From contig OZ241357.1 in assembly GCA_965200265.1 (NCBI GenBank), forward strand, positions 106,290 through 170,289: 64,000 nt of DNA, in the 5' to 3' direction. Under the pieces are notes generated by a model. That model had not been told where the DNA came from. It worked only from the letters and a program-made list of their open reading frames with translations, and ran no database searches. The translations under genes were made by a program, and so were the position numbers. The stretch is from Alphaproteobacteria bacterium (GTDB lineage: Bacteria > Pseudomonadota > Alphaproteobacteria > UBA2966). Of the stretch, positions 32,245 to 42,900 are shown piece after piece; positions within the stretch are counted from its first letter, which is position 1, and each line of letters starts with the position of its first letter.

Positions 32245-33398
32245 CCGCCACCGTTGGTGAACAGCGGATGGACGACGGCGCCGTCGCGGGTCAGGGCGGT
32301 GCCGGCGACGATCTCGTCGTCCCAGTCGATCTTCAGGCGGCTGGCCTCGGCGTCGATCAGCGGCGAGAGGAAGTTGAGCAGGTTGCGCGCGTACAGCGCC
32401 GAGGCGTCCTCGGCGACACGGCTCGGCACGTTGTGGAAGCCGACGATCTTCACGCCGTCCGCCTCGACGATCTCGCCGGGCCGGGACAGGGCGCAGTTGC
32501 CGCCCGCCTCCACCGCGAGGTCGACGATGACCGAACCCGGACTCATGCTGCGCGCCATGTCCTCGTCGATGAGCACGGGCGCCCGGCGCCCGGGAACGAA
32601 CGCCGCCGTCACGGCGATGTCCTGGCGCGCGAGATGGGCGCGGACGAGCTCCGCCTGCCTGCGCCTGTAGTCCTCGCTCATCTCCCTCGCGTAGCCGCCT
32701 TCCGTTTCCGCCGACGCGGACTCCTCGTCCTCGACCGTCACGAAGCTGGCGCCGAGCGACTCCACCTGTTCCTTCACGGCCGGCCGCACGTCGGTCGCCG
32801 AGACGATCGCGCCCAATCTCCGCGCCGTGGCGATGGCCTGCAACCCGGCGACGCCGGCCCCCAGGACGAAAACCCTGGCCGGGGCCACGGTCCCCGCCGC
32901 GGTCATCATCATGGGCAGCGCCCGGTGGAACTCCGCGGCGGCGTCGAGAACCGCCCGATAGCCGGCAAGGCTGGATTGCGAGGACAGCGCGTCCATGCTC
33001 TGCGCCCGCGCGATCCGCGGGATCAGTTCCATGGCGAAGGCCCCGATGCCGCGCTCGGCGTAGGCATCGACCGTCGCCCGCCGGTCGAAGGGTGCGAGAA
33101 GGCCGACGAGGACCGCGCCTTCGCGGATCATGTCGAGCTCGTCCGCGTCGCCCTCATCGCCCGTCATCGGCCCCTGGACCTTCAGGACCACGTCGGCGCC
33201 GTTCAGCGTCTCCGCTTCCGTGTCGGCGATCTCGGCGCCGGCGTCGCTGTAGAGCCGGTCCGCGAAGTTCGACCGCAGCCCGGCGCCGCGTTCGACCACG
33301 ACGCGCGCGCCGAGAGACGCGAGCTTCCCGGTGGTGTACGGGGTCGCCGCGACGCGCCGTTCGTGGTCCCGGCGCTCCCTGGGGACGGCGACCTTCAT
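32241..33398 (-). CDS. pntAA: NAD(P) transhydrogenase alpha subunit part 1
   Basis: [41 protein letters not shown]. Confidence 0.95.
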   Translation of the reverse strand: MKVAVPRERRDHERRVAATPYTTGKLASLGARVVVERGAGLRSNFADRLYSDAGAEIADTEAETLNGADVVLKVQGPMTGDEGDADELDMIREGAVLVGLLAPFDRRATVDAYAERGIGAFAMELIPRIARAQSMDALSSQSSLAGYRAVLDAAAEFHRALPMMMTAAGTVAPARVFVLGAGVAGLQAIATARRLGAIVSATDVRPAVKEQVESLGASFVTVEDEESASAETEGGYAREMSEDYRRRQAELVRAHLARQDIAVTAAFVPGRRAPVLIDEDMARSMSPGSVIVDLAVEAGGNCALSRPGEIVEADGVKIVGFHNVPSRVAEDASALYARNLLNFLSPLIDAEASRLKIDWDDEIVAGTALTRDGAVVHPLFTNGGG

Positions 33399-33445
33399 GC
33401 CCGGCCCGGTTGCTCGGGACCGGCGTATCGGCGCATCGGCATCAT

Positions 33446-33574
33446 CTACCAGACGAGGGTGGCCGCCAGCACGATCAGCAGCGCGCCGATGCCGATACAG
33501 CTCCATACCGTGAGCCGGCAGAAGTCCCGCCAGGTTTCCCGCTGCTGAGAGATGTCCATGTCGCCGTCGGTCAT
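33446..33574 (-). CDS. aa3-type cytochrome c oxidase subunit IV-like small membrane protein
   Basis: MDISQQRETWRDFCRLTVWSCIGIGALLIVLA; typical position upstream of pntA in Alphaproteobacteria. Confidence 0.75.
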   Translation of the reverse strand: MTDGDMDISQQRETWRDFCRLTVWSCIGIGALLIVLAATLVW

Positions 33575-33612
33575 TGAGGGACGCTCCCGAACTGCCCAAG
33601 TCGTCGCGCGGG

Positions 33613-33640
33613 AATATATCGATCGACGGACGGCGGTCAA
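33613..33640 (-). promoter_or_regulatory. Putative sigma70 promoter for coxIV-pnt operon
   Basis: TTGACC-16-TATATT on minus strand. Confidence 0.5.
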
Positions 33641-33683
33641 CGGTCAATATCCCGTCCTTGGTCGGCCCCTCCGGCCCCGCCGT

Positions 33684-35045
33684 TCATTCCGGGAGCGGCA
33701 GGCCGATTTTCTTGAGCAGGCGGGTTTGCCGGCGCTTCAGTTGCGCCTCGTCGAAGCCCTGGATGAGGTCGTGGAAGGTCTCGAACCAGTTGATCTCGGC
33801 GTCGAGGCGGAGGAACACGCCTCCGAGGCCGACCGCCGCGCGGTCCATGAACACGAACTCGCGCGGCGGGCGCACGCCCCCTTGCTCGCGCAGGCGCCGA
33901 TGCACCTTCGCCGCGACCTCGTGGCCGTACACGCCGGTCGACTCGAACTCCTGGATGCGCCGCGGACGGTTCTCGAGCAGCGGCGCGTAGACGAAGGCGG
34001 CCCACAGGTTCAGGGTGTCCATGATGTCGTCCGACAGGTCCTCGAACCCCCAGGTCTCGTAGGCGTGCGCCGCGAGGTCGCGGTCGTCGTTGGCGATGGC
34101 CCAGTAGAGGTCGATGACGCCCCGCACGAAGCTCGGCCTGAAGATGCGGACGCAGCCGAAGTCGAGCAGGTTGAGGGACAGGCCTCCCGCCTCCCCCGCC
34201 GCCGAGTAGTTGCCCAGATGCGGGTCGGCGTGGATGACGCCGCCGTCGTAGAAGGGGACGTACCAGGCCCGGAACAGCGCCAGCGCGATCTCGTTCCGCG
34301 CCGCGAGCGGCGCGTCGACGAAGTCGAGCAGGCGCCGTCCCTCCAGCCAGCTCATGGTCAGGAGCCGTCCGGTCGAGAGCTCGGGAACGACGTCGGGCAC
34401 GTGGACCCTGGCCTCGTCCTTCAGCAGTTCGGCGTAGAGCCGCGCGTGCCGGGCCTCGAGCCCGTAGTCGAGCTCCTCGCGCAGGCGTTCCGCGATCTCC
34501 TCGTGGATCTCGCTGGTGTCGACGCTGGGGTCGTAGCGGGCGTAGATCGCGAACGCGAGCTTCAGCTGCTTGAGGTCGGCCTCGACGACCGAGGTCATGT
34601 CCGGGTACTGGAGCTTGCAGGCGAGTTCGCGGCCGTCATGGGCCACGGCCCGGTGAACCTGCCCCAGCGACGCGGCCGCCGCGGCCTCGCGGCCGAAGGC
34701 CTCGAACCGGGACGGCCAGTCGGCCCCGAGCTCCGTCGCCATCCGCCGGCGCACGAAGGGCCACCCCATCGGCGGCGCGTTGGACTGAAGCTGGGCGAGT
34801 TCGGCCACGTACTCCTTCGGCAGCGCTTCCGGGATCGTCGACATCAGCTGCGCCACCTTCATGAGCGGCCCCTTGAGGCCGCCCAGCGCCTTCCTCAGTT
34901 CGGCCGCGTGTCCGGCGCGGTCGAGAGGCAGGCCGAGGACCCGCTCTCCCGCCAGCCGCGCCGCCAGGCCGCCGACCGTCGTCGACACCCGGGCGTAGCG
35001 CTTCACGCGCCCGGTGACGGAATCCTCGTCGTCGCGGCGGGACAT
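33684..35045 (-). CDS. AarF/ABC1/UbiB family atypical kinase
   Basis: LKGPLMKVAQ, AAASLGQVHRA, KLQYP, HADPHLGN, LLDFGC. Confidence 0.92.
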   Translation of the reverse strand: MSRRDDEDSVTGRVKRYARVSTTVGGLAARLAGERVLGLPLDRAGHAAELRKALGGLKGPLMKVAQLMSTIPEALPKEYVAELAQLQSNAPPMGWPFVRRRMATELGADWPSRFEAFGREAAAAASLGQVHRAVAHDGRELACKLQYPDMTSVVEADLKQLKLAFAIYARYDPSVDTSEIHEEIAERLREELDYGLEARHARLYAELLKDEARVHVPDVVPELSTGRLLTMSWLEGRRLLDFVDAPLAARNEIALALFRAWYVPFYDGGVIHADPHLGNYSAAGEAGGLSLNLLDFGCVRIFRPSFVRGVIDLYWAIANDDRDLAAHAYETWGFEDLSDDIMDTLNLWAAFVYAPLLENRPRRIQEFESTGVYGHEVAAKVHRRLREQGGVRPPREFVFMDRAAVGLGGVFLRLDAEINWFETFHDLIQGFDEAQLKRRQTRLLKKIGLPLPE

Positions 35046-35050
35046 GCGGT

Positions 35051-37801
35051 TCAGGCGGCCCCCAGGGGCGCGCGCATCTTCTCGTAGAGCGCGAACAGAT
35101 GCTCGACGCGCTCGCGCTCGGAGGCGAAGGGCGCGCGGCGGTAGAGGCGGTCCACGGCGCGGTCGAGGCGGGCGTGGGCGCGGCGGAGGCCGGGGGGCAT
35201 GAGGTCGGGGTCGTAGAGGTCGGCGAGGGTGGCGCCGGGATGGGCGGCGCGGGCGTCGAGCACGGCCTGGGCGAGCGGAGCCAGCACCGCGCGGTCGGCG
35301 CCCGCCGGCGGCGCGGGGAACGTGTTGTAGACGACGCCGACGGAATACATGTAGCGGCTCTCCAGCCGCCCGGTCACCGTCCGCATCCACGCCATGTGCA
35401 TGGCGGAGGTGAGGATCGCGAAATCGGTAAGGGTAGCGTTCGGCAGGAGACGCAGTTTGTCGCTGGGAATCGCCGGCGGCTCGATCCACCCGATCGGAAC
35501 GTATTCCCGCCGTTCGGAACTCACTTGGGGGATGACCAGGAACGGCGCGGTGGGGAAAACATTGACCTGATACAGCGTGGGTGTCGCCGCCAATTTTCGG
35601 GTCGATGCTCTTTTGCTGGCTTGGCGGTATGCGCGGACAGCGGCGAGGCGTTCCCGCACCTTCGGTAGCTTCGCCAAGTGCTCAGGTGGTGCGTCGTGGA
35701 GCGCGAGAATCCAGCGCTCGCCACCTTGCAGATGTTCGCGGGCGCCGACGAACGGCCGCAGAAGTGGCGCAGCCTCGGGTTCCCGCGCGAGAAAATCGGC
35801 CCGTTCCTCTGCCGTGAAGATGTAATGCCCGTCGTCGATCGGCTGCGAGCCGGTAATCAGCTTGGCCAAACCGTTGATCGGGCGGCTTTCCTCCCGCACC
35901 ACGAGATGCGGATCGCGCAGGCCGCCGGCGTCGAACAGGTAGGGCGACAGGGCGGCGTGGCGGGTCTCCTCCGGGTCGCCGTCGAGGTCGGGATAGGAGA
36001 AGAGCCGCTTCTCGGGCCGCGCGTCCTCGCGCCGGTCCAGCCCCAACACCACCACATGGACGTGCGCCTTGCCGCGCGCGTCCGAACCCCAGGCGAAGGT
36101 GCGGTGGGCGAAGGCGATTTCCAGCTTGCAGCGGTCGAACAACAGCGGCCAAAGCTGCGCCGCCTGCTCGCCCTGGGTGATCGAATTGGTGGCGACGAAG
36201 CCGATCCGCGCTCGCCCGCGCCGCACGTAGTCCCCGGCCTTGACGAACCAGGCCGCGACGTAATCGAGCGTTCCGCCGGCCCCGCCCAGGGCGGCGATAT
36301 GGCGCACTTGCGCACGCTGCGCCGCGGTCTGGAACTTCGCCCCGCCGAAGGGCGGGTTGCCAAACAGGTAGGAGCATTTCTCCGGCGGCAGCAGCGCCGC
36401 CCAGTCGGTCTCCAGCGCGTCGGCGTGAAGGATATGCGGCGCCTTCTCCAAGGGTATGCGGGCGTAGGTGCGGCCGAACTCCAGCCCCAGGCGCACGTTC
36501 ATGATGTGGTCCATCATCCACAGCGCGGCCTCCGCGATCCGGGCCGGAAACTCGCCGATCTCGATGCCGTGGAAACGGTCCACGTCGATCAGGGAGAGGG
36601 TGTCGGCCAGCGCGTCGAACTGATCGGCGTCATAGACCTCCTTGAGAACGTCGATCTCCAGCAGGCGCAGCTCGCGATAGGCGATGATGAGGAAGTTGCC
36701 GCAACCGCAGGCGGGATCGAGGAAGGCGAGGCCGGCGAGCTTGTGCTGGAACCCCAGCAGATCGGGACGGCGGCGGCTGTCGCGGCGCGCCTTCAGGCGG
36801 CGGAACTCGTCGCGCAGATCGTCGAGGAACAGCGGCTCGATCACCTTGAGGATGTTCTTCTCGGTCGTGTAGTGCGCGCCCTGGGCGCGGCGCGCCGCCG
36901 GCTCCATGACCGACTGGAACAGCGCTCCGAAGATCGCGGGCGAGATGTCCGACCAGTCGAAGCGGCAGGCGTCCAGCAGCCGCGCGCGCATGGCGCCGGT
37001 GAAGGACGGGATGCGGATCGGCTCGCGGAACAGATCGCCGTCGACGTAGGGGAAGCGCGCCAGGTCCTCGTCCAGCGCCGCGGCGCGGGCGTCCTCCGGC
37101 GTGTCCAGAACCTGAAACAGCTGGGTCAGCAGGGGGCCGAGGTCGGCGCCGTCCCTGCGGGTGCGCGTTTCGATGAAGTCGAGGAAGACGTCGCGCGGCT
37201 CGAAGACGCCGGTGTCGTCGGCGAACAGGCAGAAGACGATGCGCACCAGGAAGCGTTCGAGGTCGTGGCCGCGATAGCCCGTCTCGTCGAGCGCGTCGTG
37301 CAGCCGCCCGACCAGCTCGGCGGCCTCGATGTTGGCCGGGTCCTGATCGCGGAACGTCCGGCGCTGCACGCCGAGAACGAAGCCGAACGCCTCGATACGC
37401 GCCGGCAGGTCGGCGAGCGGGAAGGCGACGGTCTCGCGCTCGTCGAGGTCGCGGAGCTCGAAGGTCTGGAAGTCGCTCACCAGGATGTAGCGGGGGCGGT
37501 CCCTCTCGGGCAGCGCGTCGAAATAGGAGCCCGCCTGTTCGTAGGCCCGCGCCAGATCGCGCCCGGCGCTCTTCTGCTCGACGATCAGCACGCCCGGCCA
37601 GAACAGGTCGATGAAGCCGGAGCGGTCGTCGAGCCTTCGCACGTGCTCCTCGTAGCGCGCGACGGAGCGGCGCTCGACGCCGAAGATGGCGAAGAAGTCG
37701 TTGTAGAAGCTCTGGGTCTCGCCCTTCTCGTAGGCCGCGTCACGCCACTCGTGGGCGAAGCCGGCGGCCCGGGCGCGGACCTCGTTCCAGGACAGACGCA
37801 T
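35051..37801 (-). CDS. MmeI-like type IIL restriction-modification enzyme (fused REase/m6A MTase/TRD)
   Basis: N-terminal FIDLFWPG..EQKS..EQA PD-(D/E)xK nuclease, GAHYT, FLDPACGCGNFL, GNPPF, C-terminal SSERREY / GRLESRY / VYNTFP. Confidence 0.92.
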   Translation of the reverse strand: MRLSWNEVRARAAGFAHEWRDAAYEKGETQSFYNDFFAIFGVERRSVARYEEHVRRLDDRSGFIDLFWPGVLIVEQKSAGRDLARAYEQAGSYFDALPERDRPRYILVSDFQTFELRDLDERETVAFPLADLPARIEAFGFVLGVQRRTFRDQDPANIEAAELVGRLHDALDETGYRGHDLERFLVRIVFCLFADDTGVFEPRDVFLDFIETRTRRDGADLGPLLTQLFQVLDTPEDARAAALDEDLARFPYVDGDLFREPIRIPSFTGAMRARLLDACRFDWSDISPAIFGALFQSVMEPAARRAQGAHYTTEKNILKVIEPLFLDDLRDEFRRLKARRDSRRRPDLLGFQHKLAGLAFLDPACGCGNFLIIAYRELRLLEIDVLKEVYDADQFDALADTLSLIDVDRFHGIEIGEFPARIAEAALWMMDHIMNVRLGLEFGRTYARIPLEKAPHILHADALETDWAALLPPEKCSYLFGNPPFGGAKFQTAAQRAQVRHIAALGGAGGTLDYVAAWFVKAGDYVRRGRARIGFVATNSITQGEQAAQLWPLLFDRCKLEIAFAHRTFAWGSDARGKAHVHVVVLGLDRREDARPEKRLFSYPDLDGDPEETRHAALSPYLFDAGGLRDPHLVVREESRPINGLAKLITGSQPIDDGHYIFTAEERADFLAREPEAAPLLRPFVGAREHLQGGERWILALHDAPPEHLAKLPKVRERLAAVRAYRQASKRASTRKLAATPTLYQVNVFPTAPFLVIPQVSSERREYVPIGWIEPPAIPSDKLRLLPNATLTDFAILTSAMHMAWMRTVTGRLESRYMYSVGVVYNTFPAPPAGADRAVLAPLAQAVLDARAAHPGATLADLYDPDLMPPGLRRAHARLDRAVDRLYRRAPFASERERVEHLFALYEKMRAPLGAA

Positions 37802-37831
37802 GAGCCGCCGCGCTTTCCGTCCCCGCGCGCC

Positions 37832-38266
37832 TCAACCGGCGACGAGGAAGTGCCCGTGCGCCACCGCGATCGGCCGTTCCCGGTCCGACTGCCAGGCCTC
37901 GGCCCTGACGTTGGCCACGCGGCGTCCCCGGCGCGTCACCAGGGCGCGGGCGCGGGTGCGCTCCAGTCCGCCGCGGCGCAGGTATTCGACCGATACGTTG
38001 ATCGTCCTGGGCAACGGGCCCGGCGCCAGGTCCCAGATCAACTGCATCAGGGCCGCGTGCTCGAGGAACGCGCCGATCACCCCGCCGTGAATCGCGGGAA
38101 GGGCCGGATTCCCGACGATCGGGCCGTCGCCGTCCAGCGTGCAGACCACCGTCTCGCCGTCGAGACAGGCGTCGATCCCGATGAAGTTGGCGTAAGGGAT
38201 GGCCCTGGCGATGGCGCCCGGGTCGCCGGCGGCCCTGGCGGCCGCGATGGTGTCGGCGAACGTCAC
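37832..38266 (-). CDS. PaaI family hotdog thioesterase
   Basis: GNPALPAIHGG, INVSVEYLR, RGRRVANV; GTG start overlapping upstream stop. Confidence 0.88.
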   Translation of the reverse strand: MTFADTIAAARAAGDPGAIARAIPYANFIGIDACLDGETVVCTLDGDGPIVGNPALPAIHGGVIGAFLEHAALMQLIWDLAPGPLPRTINVSVEYLRRGGLERTRARALVTRRGRRVANVRAEAWQSDRERPIAVAHGHFLVAG

Positions 38267-38778
38267 GCCGGATCGCCCTGTGTCGGATCGCCCTGCGTCG
38301 ACTCCCCGACGCCGAAGATCGCGTCGGAGGAGTCGACCATGAACGTGCCGACGCCGTTGGCCACGGGATCGTCCGGGTCGTCGTGATAGGCGATCGCCCG
38401 CGTGAAGCCGACGTTGCGGGTGAGGCGGTAGCATCGGGAGTCGACCCGGAGCGGCTCTCCTGGAGTCGCCGGCTTGAGGTAGTCGACGCGAAGGTCCAGC
38501 GTGGCGATGGGGACGAGCTCGGGAAGGGCCGAGAACACGGCGCACCCGGAGGCCGTGTCGATGAGCGTGGTGATGACGCCGCCGTGCGGGACTCCCGTCT
38601 CCGGGTTGCCGATCAGCCGTTCCGCCCACGGCAGCAGGAACCGCGCCCGCCCCGGCGCGATCGCCTCGATACGAAGGCCGAGCTCCCGCCCGTGAGGGAT
38701 GGAATCGGCGAATCGCCGGGCGGCGTCGAGGTCGGCCGCGATGGGATTGCGCGATTCGGTGGGGCCGGGGGCCGGCAT
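38263..38778 (-). CDS. PaaI family hotdog thioesterase
   Basis: GNPETGVPHGGVITTLID, ATLDLRVDYL. Confidence 0.9.
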   Translation of the reverse strand: MPAPGPTESRNPIAADLDAARRFADSIPHGRELGLRIEAIAPGRARFLLPWAERLIGNPETGVPHGGVITTLIDTASGCAVFSALPELVPIATLDLRVDYLKPATPGEPLRVDSRCYRLTRNVGFTRAIAYHDDPDDPVANGVGTFMVDSSDAIFGVGESTQGDPTQGDPA

Positions 38779-38789
38779 CGGCGCTCACG

Positions 38790-39770
38790 TCAGCGCCCGT
38801 GGTATTCGCGGAACCAGTCCACGAACCGCCGGACGCCTTCCCCGATCGTGGTCGCGGGCGCGTATCCGAGCTCCCGCGCCGCGGCCGATATGTCCGCCCA
38901 GGTCTCCGGGACGTCGCCGGGCTGGATCGGCTCGAGCCGCTTTTCCGCCTTCCTGCCCAGTGCCTCCTCGATCACGCCGATCACGTCGAGCAGGCGTTCC
39001 GCCCGGTCGGTGCCGAGGTTGAAGACCCGGTGCGGCGGCGCCCCGTCCGCCCGTGGCGGCGGGCGGTCGAGTGCGCGCAAGGTTCCGTCGACGATGTCGT
39101 CGATGTACGTGAAGTCCCGCCGCATGTCGCCGTGGTTGAACACGCGGATGGGACGGTCGTGGAGGATGGCGTCGGTGAACAGGAACAGCGCCATGTCGGG
39201 CCGGCCCCAGGGCCCGTAGACGGTGAAATACCTGAGCCCCGTCTGCGGCAGGCCGTACAGGTGGCCGTAGGCGTGGCTCATCAGCTCGTCCGCCGCCTTG
39301 GTCGCGGCATAGAGCGAGACCGGCCGGTCGACGCGGTCGTCGGTCGAGAACGGCGCGGCGGCGCTCTCGCCGTAGACGGAGCTGGAGCTCGCGTAGACCA
39401 GATGTTCGAAACCGTCCGTCCGGCGGCAGAGCTCGAGGATGCGCGCGTGACCGACCAGGTTGCTCTCCACGTAGGACATGGGGTCCTCGATGGAGTGCCT
39501 GACCCCCGCCTGGGCCGCCAGATGCACGATTCTCCCGAACGGCCCGAGCCCGGCGGCGACGTCCCCCAGCGCCGACGGATCGCTCACGTCGGCGCGGACG
39601 AACCGGAACCCGCGATGCCGGTTCAGCCGGGCCAGCCGCGCTTCCTTCAGCCGCGTGTCGTAGTAGTCGTTGACGTTGTCGACGCCGACGACCCGGTCTC
39701 CGCGGTCGAGCAGCGCGAGGGCGACGGCGTGGCCTATGAAACCGGCGGCTCCGGTCACGAGGATGGTCAT
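38790..39770 (-). CDS. NAD-dependent UDP-glucuronate 4-epimerase family
   Basis: TGAAGFIG, NDYYD, HLAAQAGVR, YAATK, FTVYGPWGRPDMA, QPGDV. Confidence 0.92.
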   Translation of the reverse strand: MTILVTGAAGFIGHAVALALLDRGDRVVGVDNVNDYYDTRLKEARLARLNRHRGFRFVRADVSDPSALGDVAAGLGPFGRIVHLAAQAGVRHSIEDPMSYVESNLVGHARILELCRRTDGFEHLVYASSSSVYGESAAAPFSTDDRVDRPVSLYAATKAADELMSHAYGHLYGLPQTGLRYFTVYGPWGRPDMALFLFTDAILHDRPIRVFNHGDMRRDFTYIDDIVDGTLRALDRPPPRADGAPPHRVFNLGTDRAERLLDVIGVIEEALGRKAEKRLEPIQPGDVPETWADISAAARELGYAPATTIGEGVRRFVDWFREYHGR

Positions 39771-39952
39771 GCGCGGACGATGCTCCAAGGCCGGCGCGCC
39801 GGCTCGCGGCGGGAAGCGCCAGCGTAGAACGGCTTGCCGTCGAAATCATGCTCTTTCCCGCGAGTCGCGTCCACGGGCGCGGTCGCATCCCGTTGCCATC
39901 GCCGGGCCGGTACGATACCTCTTGGGAGGTATCGGTTCCCGGAGATCCGCGC

Positions 39953-42900
39953 ATGAGTCTCGCCGCCGTCTCGCTCGACGACAAGTACACGGCCTCCAGC
40001 GGCCGGGTGTTCATGACCGGGATGCAGGCCCTCGTCCGGCTTCCCCTGATGCAGCGGGAGCGGGATCTCGCGGCGGGCCTGAACACGGCCGGCTTCATAT
40101 CGGGCTATCGCGGTTCGCCTCTGGGCGGCTACGACCAGGCCCTCTGGCAAGCCGAAGAACACCTGAAGGAACGTCACGTCAGGTTCGTTCCCGGCGTCAA
40201 CGAGGATCTCGCGCTGACCGCCGCCTGGGGGTCGCAGCAACTGCATCTCTACCCCGACGCCGGCTATGACGGCGTCTTCGCGATCTGGTACGGCAAGGGC
40301 CCCGGCGTCGACCGTTCGGGGGACGTCTTCAAGCAGGGCAACGGACACGGGACGGCCAGGCACGGCGGCCTGCTGGCGATCGCCGGGGACGATCCGGCGG
40401 CGAAGTCGTCGACGTCGCCCCACCAGACGGAACACACCTTTATCGGCGCGTCGATGCCGGTGCTGGTCCCGGCGGACGTGCGGGAGTTTATCGACTTCGG
40501 ACTGTACGGCTTCGCCCTGTCCCGCTTTTCCGGCCTGTGGGTCGGATTCAAGACGCTTTCGGACAACGCCGAGAGCACGGCCATCGTCGACATCGACCCG
40601 TCCCGTCCCGCCATCGTCGCGCCCGGCGACTTCGAGTTGCCGGCCGACGGGCTGAACCTCCGCTGGCCGGACGACAGGTTCGAGCAGGAGATCCGGCTCT
40701 ACGAACGCAAGATCCCGGCCGCGCTCGCCTTCTGCCGCGCCAATTCCCTGAACCGGACCGTGCTTTCGGGACCCAGGCGCCGGTTCGGCATCGTGACCGC
40801 GGGCAAGGCCTGTCTCGACGTGCGCCAGGCCCTGGACGACCTGGGGATCGACGCCGCCGCCGCGCGCGAACTCGGCATCGCCGTCTACAAGGTCGGCATG
40901 GTCTGGCCCCTGGAGCCCGAGGGCATGACGGCCTTCGCCCGCGGCCTCGACGAGATACTCGTCGTCGAGGAGAAGCGGGGCATCGTCGAGGAACAGCTGA
41001 AGGACCTGCTCTACCACCTGCCCGACGGCGAACGTCCCCGGATCGTCGGCAAGTCCGACGAGAACGGCGCCTCCTTCATCCCGGTGGCCGGGGAGCTGGG
41101 CGCCCCGCTCGTCGCCCGCGCCATCGCCCGGCGGATCGCGCCGTTCCACGCGACCGACCGCATCGCCGAACACCTCGCGTTCCTGGACTCCAAGGACGCG
41201 GACGTCGCCTCCCTCGACCCCGAGCACCGGCGCACGCCCTACTTCTGTTCGGGATGTCCCCACAACACGGGCACCAAGGTGCCCGACGGCTCGTTCGCCA
41301 ACGCCGGGATCGGCTGCCACTGGATGGCCTTGTACATGGACCGCGGCACCCTCACCTACACCCACATGGGCGGAGAGGGCGCCAACTGGATCGGCCTGGC
41401 GCCGTTCACGGGGACGCCGCACCTGTTCCAGAACATGGGCGACGGGACGTTCTACCATTCGGGGCTGCTGGCGGTGCGGGCCAACGTCGCCGCCGGCACC
41501 GACATGACCTACAAGATACTCTTCAACGACGCGGTCGCCATGACCGGCGGGCAGCCGATCGAGGGCCGGCTGACGGTCTCCGGAATCGCCTGGCAGGTGC
41601 ACGCGGAGGGCGTCGCGAGGATCGCCGTGACGACGGACGATCCCGGCAAGTATCCGACCGGCGCCGGCTTCCCGCCGGGAACGACGATCCACCATCGCGA
41701 CGAGCTGATCGAGGTCCAGGAGAGCCTTCGCGACACCCCCGGCGTCACGGTCCTGATCCACGATCAGACCTGCGCCGCCGAAAAGCGCCGGCGCCGCAAG
41801 CGCGGACGCTTCCCGGACCCCGCCAAGCGGGTCTTCGTCAACCACCGGGTCTGCGAGGGATGCGGCGACTGTTCCACGACCGCGAACTGCGTCTCGATCG
41901 AGCCGCTGGAGACCGAGTTCGGCCGCAAGCGCGCGATCAACCAGTCGTCCTGCAACAAGGACTATTCCTGCGTCGACGGCTTCTGCCCGAGCTTCGTGAC
42001 GGTGCACGGCGGCGGGGTGCGGCGGCTCGCGGCGGGCACCGACGCGACGGCCGCCGCCGGACCGCCGGAGCCGGAGCTGCCCGCGGTCGATTCGCCCTAC
42101 GGGATCGTGGTGACCGGCGTCGGCGGCACCGGCGTCGTCACGGTCGGCGCGCTGCTCGGCATGGCGGCGCACCTCGAAGGGAAGGGCTGCACGATCCTCG
42201 ACATGACGGGACTGGCCCAGAAGGGCGGCGCCGTGATCTCGCACGTGCGTATCGCCGGGACCCAGGACAGGCTTCACGCCGTGCGCCTGGGCGCCGGCGC
42301 GGCGGACGTCCTTCTGGGCTGCGACATGGTCGTGGCGGCGGACAAGGAGGCCCTGATGCGCGTGCGCAAGGGGGCCACGCGCGCGGTGATCAACAGCCGC
42401 ATGACGCCGACCTCCCATTTCACGCTCGATCCGGACGTCGACTTCGGCGAGGCGCACCTGCGCCAGGTCATCCGCGCCACGGCCGGCGACGGCCTCGCCG
42501 AGTTCGTGGACGCCACGGGACTGGCGACCGCCCTGTCGGGAGACGCCATCGCCACCAACCTGTTCCTCGTCGGCTACGCCTATCAGCGCGGCCTGATCCC
42601 GGTCTCGGCCGAGGCGATCCGGCGCGCCATCGAGCTCAACGGCGTCGCGGTGGAGAGCAACCTGCGGGCGTTCGACTGGGGGCGCGCCGCCGCCCACGAC
42701 CTCGCCCGCGTCGAGGCGGCGGCCCGGCCGACGTTTCAGGGCGCGGCGCCCGTCGCCACGGACCTGGAGGAGATCGTGGCGATTCGCGAGGCCGAGCTCG
42801 CCGCCTATCAGGACGCGGCCTACGCGCGGCGCTACCGCGCGCTCGTCGACCGCGCGGCCGCCGCCGAACGGAGCAGGGCGCGGGGGATGACGGGCCTCGC

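Noticed and set aside
33637-33687. ubiB-coxIV apparent bridge ORF ending on an in-frame TTG
   Set aside because: The TTGA is the -35 of a TTGACC-16-TATATT promoter; likely coincidence, and a warning on the chance rate of bridges
38269-38300. 15-nt tandem duplication (TQGDP x2) at PaaI C-terminus
   Set aside because: Two copies only, in frame, no evident function
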